A stretch of DNA of 63,588 bases, counting the filler, from Choristocarpus tenellus KU-1152 (Eukaryota > Protista > Phaeophyceae), in NCBI GenBank assembly GCA_964200185.2. It is 12 parts of 12 records of this genome, joined end to end, with 100 filler letters (N's around TTAATTAATTAA, not from the genome) between each part and the next. Parts side by side here need not be neighbours in the genome. Positions count along the whole stretch, not along the records: positions 9,275 to 28,068 come from CAXNAD020000517.1; positions 28,169 to 34,167 come from CAXNAD020009205.1; positions 34,268 to 37,947 come from CAXNAD020018553.1; positions 38,048 to 41,594 come from CAXNAD020019338.1; 8 more parts are not named here. The stretch is one strand, 5' to 3'. The translations under genes and the position numbers were made by a program. The notes below the pieces were generated by a model that worked only from the letters and a program-made list of their open reading frames with translations, had not been told where the DNA came from and made no database searches. This document shows positions 25,198-38,399 of this stretch, one piece after another (position 1 is the first letter of the stretch; each line of letters begins with the position of its first letter).

Positions 25198-28100
25198 ATC
25201 GTCTATCCACATGCCGTCCTACTATGCAGTACTACATGGTATCTATTTTAGAACTCTGGGTGTCTTACGGGGGGGGGATATGTGATGAGAAATAGTAGTG
25301 TGAGGTATGAAGCTCTTCTGCTGTTGATACACCCATCGTTTGTAATCTGTTCCTTACTGGTAGCACGAGACAAGGACTAACCAGCAAATGCAGATTCCTG
25401 TAGTACTCTTTTGAAGTACAATAAATTAGACTTCAACCTTCAATGTGCATGGCATACCGCCTATAATTTTCTTTTGTGCTTTCTGAGTGAAAAGTCATGT
25501 TAGATTATGTGATCTTTGTGGCAAGTGCCTTAAAAGCAGCTGGGGCAGGGATGAGTTGTTTTGTTATGTTGTGTTGAGTGAAAGTGGTTTTGCTGTATTT
25601 TTTTTTTAGAATGCCACTAGACCTCTAGGGGACTTGTTTGACATGGGGGAATCCCCATCTTGGTTTACTTGGTTCAATTCCTTGCCTCCCACACACCCCT
25701 AATGGCCTGATGCCCATGTTTACATGTATTAGACATGGGTTTGTGAGTTGGAGGGTGAGTAGGCTGGTGCTGTGAGAAGTTAGGAAAGCGTGAAGTTATT
25801 GAGTGGTATGGCTAGTAGGGCTAATATTGTGTGAAACATGTATGGTCCGTCGGCTGTTTTCCTGGTTGAATATGATGCTACTGTTGTCTGTGCCTTCCCC
25901 TTTTGCGCCATTGTATTTTTTGGTAAGTCTTTGATGCTGTGACAGATGCATCACCTACTTTAATGCAATCTGGTCATAGGGCTACAATGCCATAGCGACT
26001 GTTTTCACTGTTTGTTGCTATCTGTAAAAGGTGTGCGTGTGTTTTTGGCAGCATGAGGTTGAGTTAAACCATGTCCTTTCCTTTTGTGTCTGCACTTGGA
26101 CTACACGCTGTGTTTGTCTTTGGTGTGTTTTTTACAAGGCTTTTTTACCCCAAGGTGTGTGGAGTCGATTTGTTAGGTTGTTGCCAGGGATATTATACCC
26201 CAACCTTTCAAAGAGACGATAACCCAGACTGAAGGTGTGTCAGGCGCCCCATAGGTATAGTAACAATGCACCGTGTGACCTGAATATAGTCATTTTTAAT
26301 AAGGTTGTGCCGAGTATTAACTTTCCTGTTTGTTCCCCCTCCCTACACCTTACGAAGGGCGGATGGGGAGAGGGATGAGGAGGAGGTATGTTACAGTTAC
26401 AGTCGTTGTTGCATGCATGTACTCTTGAGCCGAGTGAGGTGGCATGTGTTGGTTGTAGGTTAGGGATGTACTGAAGGGAGGAAGGCTTACTTAAGCGAAA
26501 CGCTTGTTGCAGTGGAAAGAATGCGCTGAGTGCTTTGGCATGAGGTGTTGTGTCCGCTGCTGGCTTCTCTTACTGAGAGACAGTTGTTCTTGTTGAGGGA
26601 TAGAAGGAGGTGCTTGGGAAGACGTGCAGTGGTGTGTATGAAGTTAAGTCAAAGCATCTGTACTACTAGAACACTGTTTTTTGTTTTTACCGCTACTTTG
26701 TAGGTTAATTGTAGTAGAATGGATGGCATACGTATAGAGGTGAATTTTTTCCATATATTTTTTTGGTGTGCTTTTATGTATTCCGCAGGCGAAAGCATGT
26801 CTCATACAGTGTGAACATGCTGGTGTGTGCGATGACAATATTTGTTTTTGATGTGGACTCCCTTTTTTGTACAGAGGTTATAAGTCAGGACACAAAAAAA
26901 TATTCTGACGAAGATTTTTCCTCCCGGTTGGTACAATAATTGGAGTTGTACGGCTTGGTAGAAAAAATGCAGTTTGGAATGATAGGCAGACATCACTACA
27001 TTTAACGTATATAATAAGGATAGATTTCACTTTGTGTAGGGCCTTGAGACCCATCAGAGTGGATTCTACTGCAGCAATCTCCTTTTTTGTAAATTTTGGC
27101 TTTCTATATTTTCACCTTTTTGTCATTGTTTTTGCTGGTTCCTCCACCACCCTATGTTGTGCCCTTCCCCCTGACTCTGTTTGTATTCCCTTGGTTTGGG
27201 TACTCTTACCTCACGGACCCAACAAAGGCACACACCATCTGGATTGTCTCCTACACCACTGCACCCCCAACACCTGCCCCTTCCTTTCACCCACTGCAGC
27301 GTGTCGGTGTGATTGCTGTATCTACACATGTGCTCTCCAATGTCGCTATTACCTAATGCCTGCACAACACAAGCATGCACCATCCCATCCTCCCAATACA
27401 TCAGCCCTTTTTCTGACCAACAATCCTACAATCCCCATCCATTTGCCAATCTACTGGACGCTCTTGAATGTCCCAAATCCTGAACCCTTTGTGCCACCAT
27501 CCAAGTAGTGGCACTACCAATACTGTATTGGCCTGCTCATTGCACTCCAATCCCTCCATCACTCCTTGCATTTCCTCACAGTGTGACAGGTCCATGTAAG
27601 GGATTCCTATGCTTACAGACTTAGTGAACCACACCACTTTGCTACAGTGCATCCCCTCCGTCTCCAGATCTCTTCCCTTGCGCCTGTGTCTCTTCCTAAC
27701 ATTTTGGCACCCATCACACCCCATCCCCTACCTTTTCCCATTTTTCCCTCTCACTTGGCACACCCAGACCCTCCAAAGGATCTTTCACCCCATTTTTGTC
27801 TTGCCTCAGAGTCTCAGCCTGCTTACCTCCCCACTGCCCTACAGAATCCATCCGTCTATGATGCCTCAATGAAAAAAATTATGTCCGAAACAGCTTTGTC
27901 TCCCCCTAACCCACCACCACAGAGGTTCACAAGTTCCCATCTAGGGATGTGTATATAGGGAGCACTACGCCAGAAATAATGGGAATGAAGGGGTGGGGGG
28001 GTGGGGAAAGGGAATTGCAGTGCCAAATCTGGTATTAGTGAGCAGTTCTTTAGTATCTGTCTTGCTGGNNNNNNNNNNNNNNNNNNNNNNNNNNNNNNNN

Positions 28101-30391
28101 NNNNNNNNNNNNTTAATTAATTAANNNNNNNNNNNNNNNNNNNNNNNNNNNNNNNNNNNNNNNNNNNNCCACCAGGAATTGATGCATGAACAATCATCTT
28201 ACAAAAAGCACCTTTTAAAAATACTACATACTGGCACTGAAATGGACATCAAGACACTCAAGTGGACAATGTTAGGGTGTCTTCAAGTTATATGTGTTCA
28301 CATGGACATAAGAACTTTTACGTCATTAGACCTTCCTAGTGTGGTTAACGCCAGTGATGGAAGCTGTGGAATTCAAGGGATTCATGTAGGGGTATGGTCT
28401 ACACTTAAATTCTGTTGCTGTTAAAGTATTTGTTAGACTTATTTGTGGTGAAGATGCTTTGCGCTTCCCTCCTTGGTGTCCCTCATAACATCCTCTTGTG
28501 TTCTTAGTTCCTTGACTTCTCCTCAATGATTATGTTTCATCTTAAGAATTGCACGTACTCAGATAAACAAGGTTTTATGATCCTGTTGTGTGACAATCCT
28601 GGTTCAACGTATCTGGGGGGGTTGGGGGGTTGAGCGTCCATTTGAGTAGGGTGTGACGATTTGAGCGGGTAACATGGGGGGACTGCACTGGGGAGTAAAC
28701 AGAAGAGGAATTTCAGACTGTTAGTATGCACTGTTGCTGACCAGGACGAAAGAAAGGTTTGTGATGTGTATGCCTTGTTAAATCCGTGGGTTGTGTTCTA
28801 GAGGCGGAAGAGTAGCCACAGTAGTTAAGTAGCAGAGGGGGAAAGGGTACAGGAGGGAGCCATGTGGTCTGTACGCGGGGAACAGAGGAGAAATTCCACC
28901 ACGAAGGAGTTAATATGCTCCACCTGCACCAAGAGTATTTTCAAACGGAGGTGCTTGCTGTGCCTGGGCAGCAGGGATGTAATGTGCTCGGATAAAATGG
29001 GTGGGGTGTGCCTAGAGGTGCTGTGCCTACCTGTGCAAAATTCGAAGGATGAACTAAAAGCAAACACGTGTAGTATGGGGTCGATACACGTAAGTATTTT
29101 CGTTAAAGTGGGCGACAGGTAATTCGAAAGTTGTAATAGAGGATCACAGGCCCGGACCCTACCAGAAAATTACATTCTGGGCCAACGGTTCCCTCTATAT
29201 AATTTTCCATAAATAGATGGTGGACTATGCACAGATAGAAGTTAGAGGTAGGGTTAGGAATAGGAGGGTAACTGTTAACATTTAAGCCAACCAATCCCTA
29301 TACTAGTATAATATAAAGATGTAGCAGAAATCTTTGTGGTAGTGATAGAGTTAGAGTTGAAGTTATGGGGGGGTGGTTGACGATAGTTACAATTTTTCAA
29401 ACGTCGTTGTGTAAAGATAGCTAGTAGTATCTTATTCCTCACTTGATCTTTGTTCTGGATGCTAAGGTTGCTCACGTAGCTGAGATGGTTGGCGAGCCAA
29501 TTTCCGTCAGTAGAATACCCCGTCCGAACCCTGGTTGCAGGAACCAGGTTTTGTTCGTAGGCAATACGACTTTCCATCCATTGAATATACATACAAAGTG
29601 CATTGGGAAGGTACACCTGTGCCATTATATGTTGTTCTATACCCCAATCAGGGACTCTCGGAAAGTCTTTCAAGGTCGTGGTGGTGAAGATTCACACAGA
29701 CGGAAGGGTAGGAGGAAACGCACCGAATTCAACGGAAGAACCAGAGCGACAAGTGTTGGAGACGACTGAGGCTGAACCCGAAGTGGGAGAAAAAAACAAG
29801 GTAAGAACAGGGGCAGTGCAGATAGTTGTAGTGCAACAGGTAGTTCGCGGAGAAGAACAAATACTGCAGTGCACACTGCAATCTGGCCACAGGTCAAGGA
29901 GTTAGACGTGGTGGATGGAGGCGGCGTAGAGGTTACATATTAAGATTGAGTAAATAATGGATGCTCATGCTGTAGTCCTCTCCCATTACGTCAGAGGAAT
30001 GTTGAGGTTCGAACCTCGGTCGAGGTTAGATTTTCTTCTCAGGAAACTTGACTTCTTCAATGGACTACATGGAAAGTGTGTCAAGTAGGGACATCTATAC
30101 CTTACAATCTTGCGCTAAACCACGAAAAGGCACGCAAAAGATCTGGATCGTGGATGAAATGATTCTTTGTGGACGGGATGAGAACTCACCAGATTTGGGA
30201 TAGGAGACAGAGCAACATTCGGTGGGACTGGTGAACCCAATACGTGAGAGAAATGAAGGCACACATGGGGACTGCAATTAGTTGTACTCCAAGGTAGTTC
30301 GTGGGGTAGAAGAAATAGTGCAGCGTGCACTGCCATCTGACCGAGGGTCAAGGAAGATAGGTAGGGTGGAGGTGGTAGAGAAGTTCCACGG

Positions 30392-30650
30392 GAGCCAAAG
30401 AATCTTAGAGGGTAGAGCCGCGTCCATTTGAGGGTCAAAAGTCAATGTTGTAATTTTGATGTAATTTTGACGAATTGTGTTTGTTAGGAAGTGTCAATAT
30501 CCATGTTCCGGACACACCTTTCCATAACGTACACATTTTATCTACCCCGAAAATTTTTGGAGAGGAAAATGTAATAAAATACACCGTGGGAAGTCAAGGT
30601 TTAAATAGACAAACAGGGCAAAACTCATACCCTCTAAGATAATTTCACTC
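30392..30650 (-). mobile_element. MITE family A, copy A2 (TSD ACGG)
   Basis: Full-length inverted copy with ACGG on both sides. Confidence 0.95.
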
Positions 30651-32742
30651 ACGGTGAGCATGAGAGTAATAGATACTGTCCTGACCTGTGGCCAGAGGCA
30701 CTACGCTCACTGCACCTCTCATATGCATACGTATCTTAAACTAATATTTCTCTAATAACTCATTTTCTATAACTACTACTGTTGCACTATGACTTATTGT
30801 ACTGCATCCATTCGCGACTTGCTTCTTACTCAATGCGTTTAGCCATCCTGTATCCAATTCATCCCTCCGTCTCAATCCTCCCTCAAAATATTCTGCTGGA
30901 CCTGCACCTTGTCATTGCTTCGCAACAAAGCCACCCTTTTCTTGATTTGGTGATTTTGTAAAAAATCGTAGGAATATGTAGAATAGGGGGAGGACTGCGA
31001 CATTCCGTAGTGCCTATCACACGGTCTTTGAATAATCAAAACCACATAAAAAAAGTCTGGAGTCTATGGAGTTTGGACCTGCAAGTTTATCCATGTGGGG
31101 AACAGCCTCCTCAACCACTGAGCTACGAGGACTGTAAGGTGTTCAGTCAATTGTTTTGTCATGCCCCTTGTCTAGCAATCGCTCGGATCCATTTACTCTG
31201 TAACGTCTTTGTCCTGGGCAGTGCTTGGAGTCAGTTTCTCTCTAATGCACATTATTCGACAAATGCTTTAGGTAAGCCAGTCCGTAATATACCTTGTCCA
31301 AGACAAGGCTCATTATCACTTTATCCGTACTGTTTGTTGTGTAGGCAAATGCTTTGTAGTATAAATTGCTCAAACACCAAAGCTGTTTTACTCAAAGCAT
31401 TGCATTTTCCGAGATGCGCAACACCATGATGTCTAAAACAAGAGAGATGTGGGAATGACTTAGATAATATATGTCCTCTGAAGGGTAGGCTGGAAAATCC
31501 ACAATGTGTATTTACCAATTTAAAAAAAATGCTTAAAAAAAAATATTTCCAGGGTTTGGCAATGTTTAGCATCCCAAATAGTTTTGTGATGCTTTATCAA
31601 ACAAAGGCAGCAATTAATTCAGCAAGGCAATGCAATGCTATAAACGTTGTTGGAGACAGCAAGGGAGACAGCAAGAAGAGTGGAGCATAAATATATATGT
31701 TCATATCTAAATAATGAATACCACTACCCCATCACAGTACTCATTCAAAAAGTTTTCGTACTCGTTCAAAAAGTTCAACGCTAGTGGTTTGATAATGGAG
31801 ACGAACTAACAGTGCTTACTGAGACCGCAAATCTTCCCAGACAACCAAGCATACCAACAACAGGTGTGTGCCTGTACTCGGTCCAGAGATACACATGCTG
31901 CTGTACCTCCTGCTAGTGATGCACTAATCTTCCACTGCAATGACTGTTACTGTCCCTCTCTCCTCTCATGGCTCTCTCTGGACCCCTCTGGCCCTAATCT
32001 TGTCCTCGTATATTTCATACTTTTTCCTACATTTCCCTGATGTCGTCCCACTTCAATTTGTGTTGCCCATTTCTGTCTTATACTAACTCTTGCCGTAAGT
32101 TTCAGGACTTTGCATCCGCTGCAACAACGGTTGGCTGCTTCGACCCGAGGGAGACAGATGCTCCCCCCATGGCGCTGTCCACTCTCTTATGTGGACGATG
32201 TGTATCCTTGGTGCACGAGAAAGGATAAGAAAATATTGTAAGAACAGGATATGCAAAAGATAGGGTTTGTCTGTTGTCGTTGAATATACTATTTCAGGTA
32301 TAATAGTTGTGTTGCTTCGTTCTATGCATAGCAGGCACTGCGATTTTACATGTTTGCATGGCGCCGCTAGTCAAAACAGTGGACTGCCGTACTCCTGAAA
32401 GGATTGTATGCTCAGGGAATCAACAGTAACATACCAGGGGTGATACTTACCCCTGCTACAATGACCAACAATATGGCATACTACATGGTGGAGAAGGAAT
32501 GAGCTCATCTGTGCGACTCAATAGGCAAATTTGGTGCTGGGGGGGCTGGCTTGTTGGTTGTGCCAAAAGGAGAAACTTCTCTCCAGTGTCGTCATATAAC
32601 TGTGCAATAGACGATGTTTGAACTCTTCCCTTTTAGAATTCAGTCACTATTGAATGAGTATGTTATGTTCACTGTGCAATTTGTCAGCATCGTAGCATTA
32701 TGATATACCAACCGAGGATATTTCCTAGGTTAAGAGCCAATC

Positions 32743-33008
32743 GAGTCAAAGTATACGAGGGGTACCCAGCTGTCGCATTTTTTTTTTTTGGGTGCCGACA
32801 AAAGTGTGCAAAAAATTCGACTTGATGCACAAAATGTTTTGAGATCATCTCAAAATTTTTCAAACAATATAGAAATCGACGTTCTCAAGTCAAAGCTAGT
32901 GCTTCATTCACAGAAATATGGGTGAATTGAAAAAGATAAGATAAAAAAAAAACTGGCCTTAAAATGCGAAAGAGTCAAAACCTGGGTACCTCTCGAATAC
33001 TGTGGCTC
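32743..33008 (+). mobile_element. MITE family D, copy D1
   Basis: TIRs GAGTCAAAGTATACGAGGGGTACCCAG...CTGGGTACCTCTCGAATACTGTGGCTC; flanks AATC/ATTC. Homologous to 44937-45520. Confidence 0.85.
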
Positions 33009-33086
33009 ATTCTGCCCTTCTGGAAATACCACACATATTACTTAGCTGAAAAAGTTCATCCACGTTGTCCCACACACAGCACTTAC

Positions 33087-33224
33087 TATGTATTCGTCCA
33101 CAATGTCCCCATAGTCACCCATGTAGTTGGCGATATCCTCAAGGCGATCCATCGCTAGTTTCCCCTCTGCTTCCAGATCCTCAAGGGTCTTGAGGCCAGA
33201 CTTGGATGTTCGGGCATCTCCTCC
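33087..33224 (-). CDS. Internal exon of an unidentified minus-strand gene (further short exons likely at ~32451-32480/32508 and ~32100-32207)
   Basis: A 138-nt phase-0 exon, TAG|GGA...ATA|GTAAGT, encoding GGDARTSKSGLKTLEDLEAEGKLAMDRLEDIANYMGDYGDIVDEYI. A second minus-strand GTAAGT donor lies at 32450. Confidence 0.5.
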
Positions 33225-33359
33225 CTAGCCAAGTGGTTGGAGCCACAGCAGGGGTAAAGTCATACTGGGTGAGAGATGGCACCATGGTAATGAGCGCATT
33301 GCAAGCGATTGGGGTGAAGGGTGAAGGACCCGCAGATTGGCTCACCCTGACACAGAATA

Positions 33360-33622
33360 AAGTGAAAGTATCTTAGAGGGTACGAGTTTTGCCCTGTTTA
33401 TCCGTCTGGGGCTTGGCTTCCCACATTTTTTTAAAATGTCATTTTACTTATTCCGAAATGTTTCTGAGTAGGTAAAATGTATACGTTATGAAAAGGTGTG
33501 GCCGGAACAAGGATATTGACATCTCCTAATAAAAATGATAGCCAAAATTACATCAAAATCACAACATTTGGGATTTTGGGCCCCAAACAGACGCGGCTCT
33601 ATCCTCTAAGATACTTTGAATC
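33360..33622 (+). mobile_element. MITE family A, copy A3 (no clear TSD)
   Basis: Full-length copy with mutated termini. Confidence 0.92.
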
Positions 33623-34537
33623 AGACTCTTACCACGAAAATGATAACAGGATTGTGGAAAAGCCATCCTATCAAAATGACCCTGTTGTATGGTTGTCCAT
33701 TATTTTCAAAAATGGCTTTCCAAGAGTAACAAAATCAGAGCTTCAGCTTTCAGTGAGGGCTTTCTCCCTTGTTCTCAATGCAGGTTGCATGACTGAGGAC
33801 TGCGTGTAATGTGGTTGTCAATGCTGGTATTTTTATAAGGGGTTTCGAAATTGCTGTAACACATAAACGTGCTGCCAATAGTGTGGGATTAGTTCCAGGT
33901 CTGAAGCACACTTGTGCAAGGTTCCTGTAACTGCTCCAGAGAGCCAACCTTAAGATGGAGGTATGTTTGTAACACAAGCAGTACTTTTCAACTTTGGCAG
34001 ATTTAGGAGAGGTTTATGTCGTTTTTGAAATGCTCCATGAAAGCAGGTAAAACATCTTGTTAGAAAAGGGGTCATATACACACATGTAAGTACATATGGC
34101 TCAAAGTATCTGGGGGGGGGTGGCTACTGTCCATTTGGGGTCAATTTTTTCATGTCGCGATTTTTGGNNNNNNNNNNNNNNNNNNNNNNNNNNNNNNNNN
34201 NNNNNNNNNNNTTAATTAATTAANNNNNNNNNNNNNNNNNNNNNNNNNNNNNNNNNNNNNNNNNNNNCCTGAAGGGCACGCCTCCACCCCCCCCCCCCAG
34301 ATACTTTGACCCTTTTGAATGCAATGGAAATAATGTTTGGAGCGGTGCAAAATCTCTCACACGAATTGAGGTCTAGCCCTCTAAAATGTAATTCCTCCAT
34401 AATCCAGCATGCCAAAGGCAAACCAAATGAATGTCTTGTTATCACAATCTACTTTTCTCGCGCCCCTAACATTGGAATTCCTTGGGTCTAGGGGGGAATT
34501 ACTGACACGTCCAAGGTCAGCTCTAGGAATATTCACC

Positions 34538-35775
34538 ATGAAATTATCCTCAGGCACGTCCCTGCTAGCTTCAGCAACAGCAAAAGGGAAACAGAAGACT
34601 GAAAGCACAGAGATGGAGGAAAAGAAGGAAGGAGGTCGCCGGAGCTTTCAACATGGGAAACATTGGGCTAAAAAGAGTGCCCGGGGAAGAGTAAAACCTC
34701 AAGGACGGCCATCAAGCTGTAGGGATCACAGCACCTCATGTGAAAGAGAATGTGTGGGGAAGGAGAGGCGGAAACGGAAGTTGAGGCACAAGCGAGGACA
34801 GAGGAGCAATAAAATGAGCTCAGAATACATGCCAAAGGTCAGAGCCCCAGTTCGAACAAGATCATCAGCACACAGGAAAGGTGGACAACACTCCCAAACT
34901 TGTTCTCAATGGAAGAATGGTCGCAAACGAGGGAAAGGGCAGTGGGGGCACTCACGTTATAGGAACATTTCCCAGCAGAGATCATCACAGAGTACAAGTT
35001 CAGAGGAAGATGGTATGCACTGTCGACAGCAGCATCATAGACGGTCGTCTTCCCTCTCTTCTCCAAACGCTTGGTCATGTTCCACGGGGCTAGAAGAGAG
35101 GAACAAGGGCAACGGAGAGGAGAAGGGGCAGGAGAGTCAAGAAAAACAAGAGGAGAAAAATAAAATGGACAGCGATCAGCTTGAACATTCTCATCACCTA
35201 TGCGACCGTCGAAAAAAATATCGTAATTCCTGCCGGTCAGACATCGAGTGCTCCTCGCCCTCCTCTGAGAGCAGTTACCACAAGCACCATCCCCCTGGCA
35301 GGTATCCTCTGCCACCCATTTCAACCAGTTTTTCTCCTTGTACTATGTCCTCAGCAGCTTCAGTCAACTCCATGTCCCATAATTGCTGTAGCAGTGGAGT
35401 GACATGCTCCCATAGTTACGGCGACCAGGGAGGGGTGGGCAGGAGTGGTGGAAGGTGGAGAAGTAAGTCCCATAGGCAGAAACAAAGCCGGGAGCGGAGC
35501 AAGGATCTGGAAAAAAGGCACTGCTCAAGCAAGAGTCGAGACTGGGGACATTACAGGGGAATGACTCAGGCTCAGCTCAAGGAAGAAGGTGCCCTCCCGG
35601 TGAACGACCACCTGCATAAAGGGAGAGTGGAGAAAGTCGACCCAGTCGCTCAAGCCTTCAATATGATATCTCGAAGGGTGCCAGGGGTCACCTTTGGTAC
35701 CCCTAAAGGGCGAGGTATATGGTGGAAGAACCGGTTAGCTGTAGAGAAAGCACGCCTCCAGCGGCAAAAGGAAAG
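34538..35775 (+). CDS. Large exon of an Arg/Ser/Lys/His-rich low-complexity protein
   Basis: About 410 open codons from CACCATG at 34538, ending at a strong donor AG|GTGAGC (35775/35776); if unspliced, an in-frame TGA follows at 35777. No family recognised. Confidence 0.6.
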
Positions 35776-35828
35776 GTGAGCCAATGTCTTCTATTCCCTC
35801 CCCCACTACCCTGGCCTTCAGTGGCCCC

Positions 35829-35913
35829 TGTTGAAACACTAGTAACCCCTGAGCTACCGAGCAGATAGCGACTATCTGCTCGGTAGCTCAGGGGTTTACT
35901 AAGTGTTTCAACA
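35829..35913. repeat. Near-perfect 40-bp inverted repeat with a 3-nt loop
   Basis: TGTTGAAACACTAGTAACCCCTGAGCTACCGAGCAGATAG-CGA-CTATCTGCTCGGTAGCTCAGGGGTTTACTAAGTGTTTCAACA; only two single-base bulges. Confidence 0.95.
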
Positions 35914-35917
35914 AAAG

Positions 35918-35963
35918 CTACTCTAGCCGGGGCACGAACCCGGGACCTTGTGCGTGTGAGCCC
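35918..35963 (-). pseudogene. tRNA-Val(CAC)-like 3' half (possible SINE head)
   Basis: The minus strand reads GGCTCACACGCACAAGGTCCCGGGTTCGTGCCCCGGCTAGAGTA: anticodon loop CT-CAC-AC, variable loop AAGGTC, T-arm GGTTCG. The D-arm and 5' acceptor strand are missing. Confidence 0.6.
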
Positions 35964-36165
35964 CTAATGCTGCTGCACAAGAGCTCATATTGTACCCAAG
36001 AAATAGGCCCTGCCAAGGCGATGTTAATTTAAGAACCTAACACGTCAAAATGCAACAGAATGCAATAGGGTAGTGAAAGGGGTTCAAATGTTTACCCACA
36101 AATCGTTGCTGAGAATGTTGACTGTGCTTTTCTGATTAGTGGATGGGATGGTGATAGATAGGACA

Positions 36166-36425
36166 GAGTCAAAGTATCTTAGAGGGTAGAGCCTCGTCCA
36201 TTTGGGGTCAAAATCCAATGTTGCAATTTTGATGCAATTTTGGCTATCATGTTTGTTAGGAGATGTCAATATCCTTGTTCCGGATACACCTTTTCATAAC
36301 TTATAAATTTTACCTACTACAAAACATTTTGGAGTAGGTAAAATGTCATTAAAAATGCGTGGGAAGCCAAGCCCCAAATGGACAAACAGGGAAAACCTCG
36401 TACCCTCTAAGATATACTTTCACTC
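36166..36425 (-). mobile_element. MITE family A, copy A4 (TSD ACA)
   Basis: Full-length copy; ACA|GAG...CTC|ACA. Confidence 0.95.
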
Positions 36426-37183
36426 ACAAGGGTGATATTAAAACAACATATTATTCTGTTGGAGAAATGAAATATTATTTGTGACTTATTGTGTATGGGG
36501 ATATTAAGGAATAGGCTCGACTGAATTGACATAATAGGATTGATCACTCACTCAATCACTTACCCAGGTAGCATGAGGCTTCCCGCCCGCTACAACATGA
36601 GCAGAACCTTTTTAAGAGACTACTGATGAATACATACATCAGGGTTATGAAAACCTATCTTTTTCGCCTTACTATGCTTCCCTCATTTCATCATACCCAT
36701 CACTTGCACCACTAGAACACGTATCTCACCTACCTTAGTATGCACACACCCAGAAACTGGCACACGCTCTTGGATTTGCTTCAAAGTACTTGCCTACACT
36801 CACACACACATGAAAACTCCCTCACTATGAACATGCAGGAGTGTTGGCTTCCATAAAGTTTGCTACTCACTGACGGAGGCAAGGGTTGCAGGTACAGGAG
36901 TATTTTACGCCCAGTCAAATGCCTCAGGGACCAAGCTAGATGAGATGAGACTCAAGGTGTGTTGAGGGTCCCCAGTAGAGAAACAAGAAAGGAGGGGACA
37001 AGGAGGAGGGCAATGAAGAGGATTCAAGTAGAGAGAGAGCCTATCCCACCAGTGGGTCTTTAGGTACTTTTCTCCTGCGATTGCAGGAGCTATAAAATCC
37101 AAGCAAAGGTCAAGGAGGTGCTGAGAAATTAGTATAATAATGGGTGGTATTCCCTATGAAAAGATGTTTACAGGAGTGCAGGA

Positions 37184-37431
37184 GAGTGAAAGTATCTTAG
37201 AGGGTACGATTTCTGCTCTGTTTGTCCATTTGGGGCTTGGCTTCCCACAGGTTTTTAATGACATTTTACCTACTCCAAGATGTTCCGGAGTAGGAAAATT
37301 GTTTACAATATGAAAAGGTGTGTGCGGAACAAGGATATTGACNNNNNNNNNNCCAAAATTACATCAAAATTGCAACATTCGGTTTTGGCCGCCAAATGGA
37401 CGCGGCTCTACCCTCTAAAATACTTTGACTC
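37184..37431 (+). mobile_element. MITE family A, copy A5 (TSD AGGA; internal 10-N gap)
   Basis: AGGA|GAG...CTC|AGGA. Confidence 0.95.
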
Positions 37432-38253
37432 AGGACGAAACATGTGCTTGGGTAGAGCAATCCAACGTTCGATGTATGGGACATTCTCACGAGTTGTTCA
37501 TTGATCCCTTACCCTAAACTACCTTCCTCAAAATTTATTGCCTGGGTGCAATGATACAAGAAGAAGAGGAGCACCTTGTAAAGACTTCTCCAACCATTGG
37601 CCTCCAATTGAGTTTAGCACATTTGCTTTTCCTGACAGGATCCTAAGGTTGACATTGATGCTTTTTCTCTCTCAAGCTTGAAGGTCAAGAACAGTTGGGT
37701 TTTTTTTATGTAGAACTAAATGTGATTGATTACTTTGGACTCAAAACTGGAAGGGAAAAGTGATGTGGGGGAGAAAAAATTACCCAATTTCAACAGCATG
37801 TTATCATGATCCTCTCTATAGAATTAAACCAAAGTAGGTGAAGAGTCACATGGCTTCTCAAGAATACAGTGTGCGAGTAGTCAAGATAGCACCTATTTCC
37901 TCCCCGCCACCCCCCCCTCCCCCTCCTCCCCCTCTCCCCCCCCCCCCNNNNNNNNNNNNNNNNNNNNNNNNNNNNNNNNNNNNNNNNNNNNTTAATTAAT
38001 TAANNNNNNNNNNNNNNNNNNNNNNNNNNNNNNNNNNNNNNNNNNNNGACCCCAAATGGACAGCCGCCACCCCCTCCCAGATACTTTGAGCCGCTATACT
38101 TCTATCTACTATTATCGATGTGATGATGAGATGGAATGCGCAATAAATGAATGAACACTAACAACCAGTGCAGTGCACCAATCAACAGTGAGTACAAGCT
38201 GGTAGTATGTGTATCATATCAACAAGAAACAAATGAGTAGCCTATGTTTTAAC

Positions 38254-38393
38254 ATATGTTATGAAAAAGTGCGTCCGGAACAAGGGTATTGACACTTCCT
38301 AACAAACACGATAGCCAAAACTACATCAAAATCGAAACATTGGGGTTTGGCCCCCAAACGGACGTGGCTCTACCCTCTAAGATGCTTTGACTC
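38254..38393 (+). mobile_element. MITE family A, copy A6 (3' half only)
   Basis: Matches the right half of the family, including the right TIR. Confidence 0.9.
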
Positions 38394-38399
38394 ATGAGC

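Noticed and set aside
31784-32500. Plus-strand exon chain at 31.8-32.5 kb
   Set aside because: All three frames are open in the central segment and no unique phase solution exists. Minus-strand splice signals are stronger, so strand and product cannot be fixed.
35918-35990. Intact tRNA-Val gene
   Set aside because: The D-arm/A-box and the 5' acceptor strand are missing; only the 3' half is recognisable.
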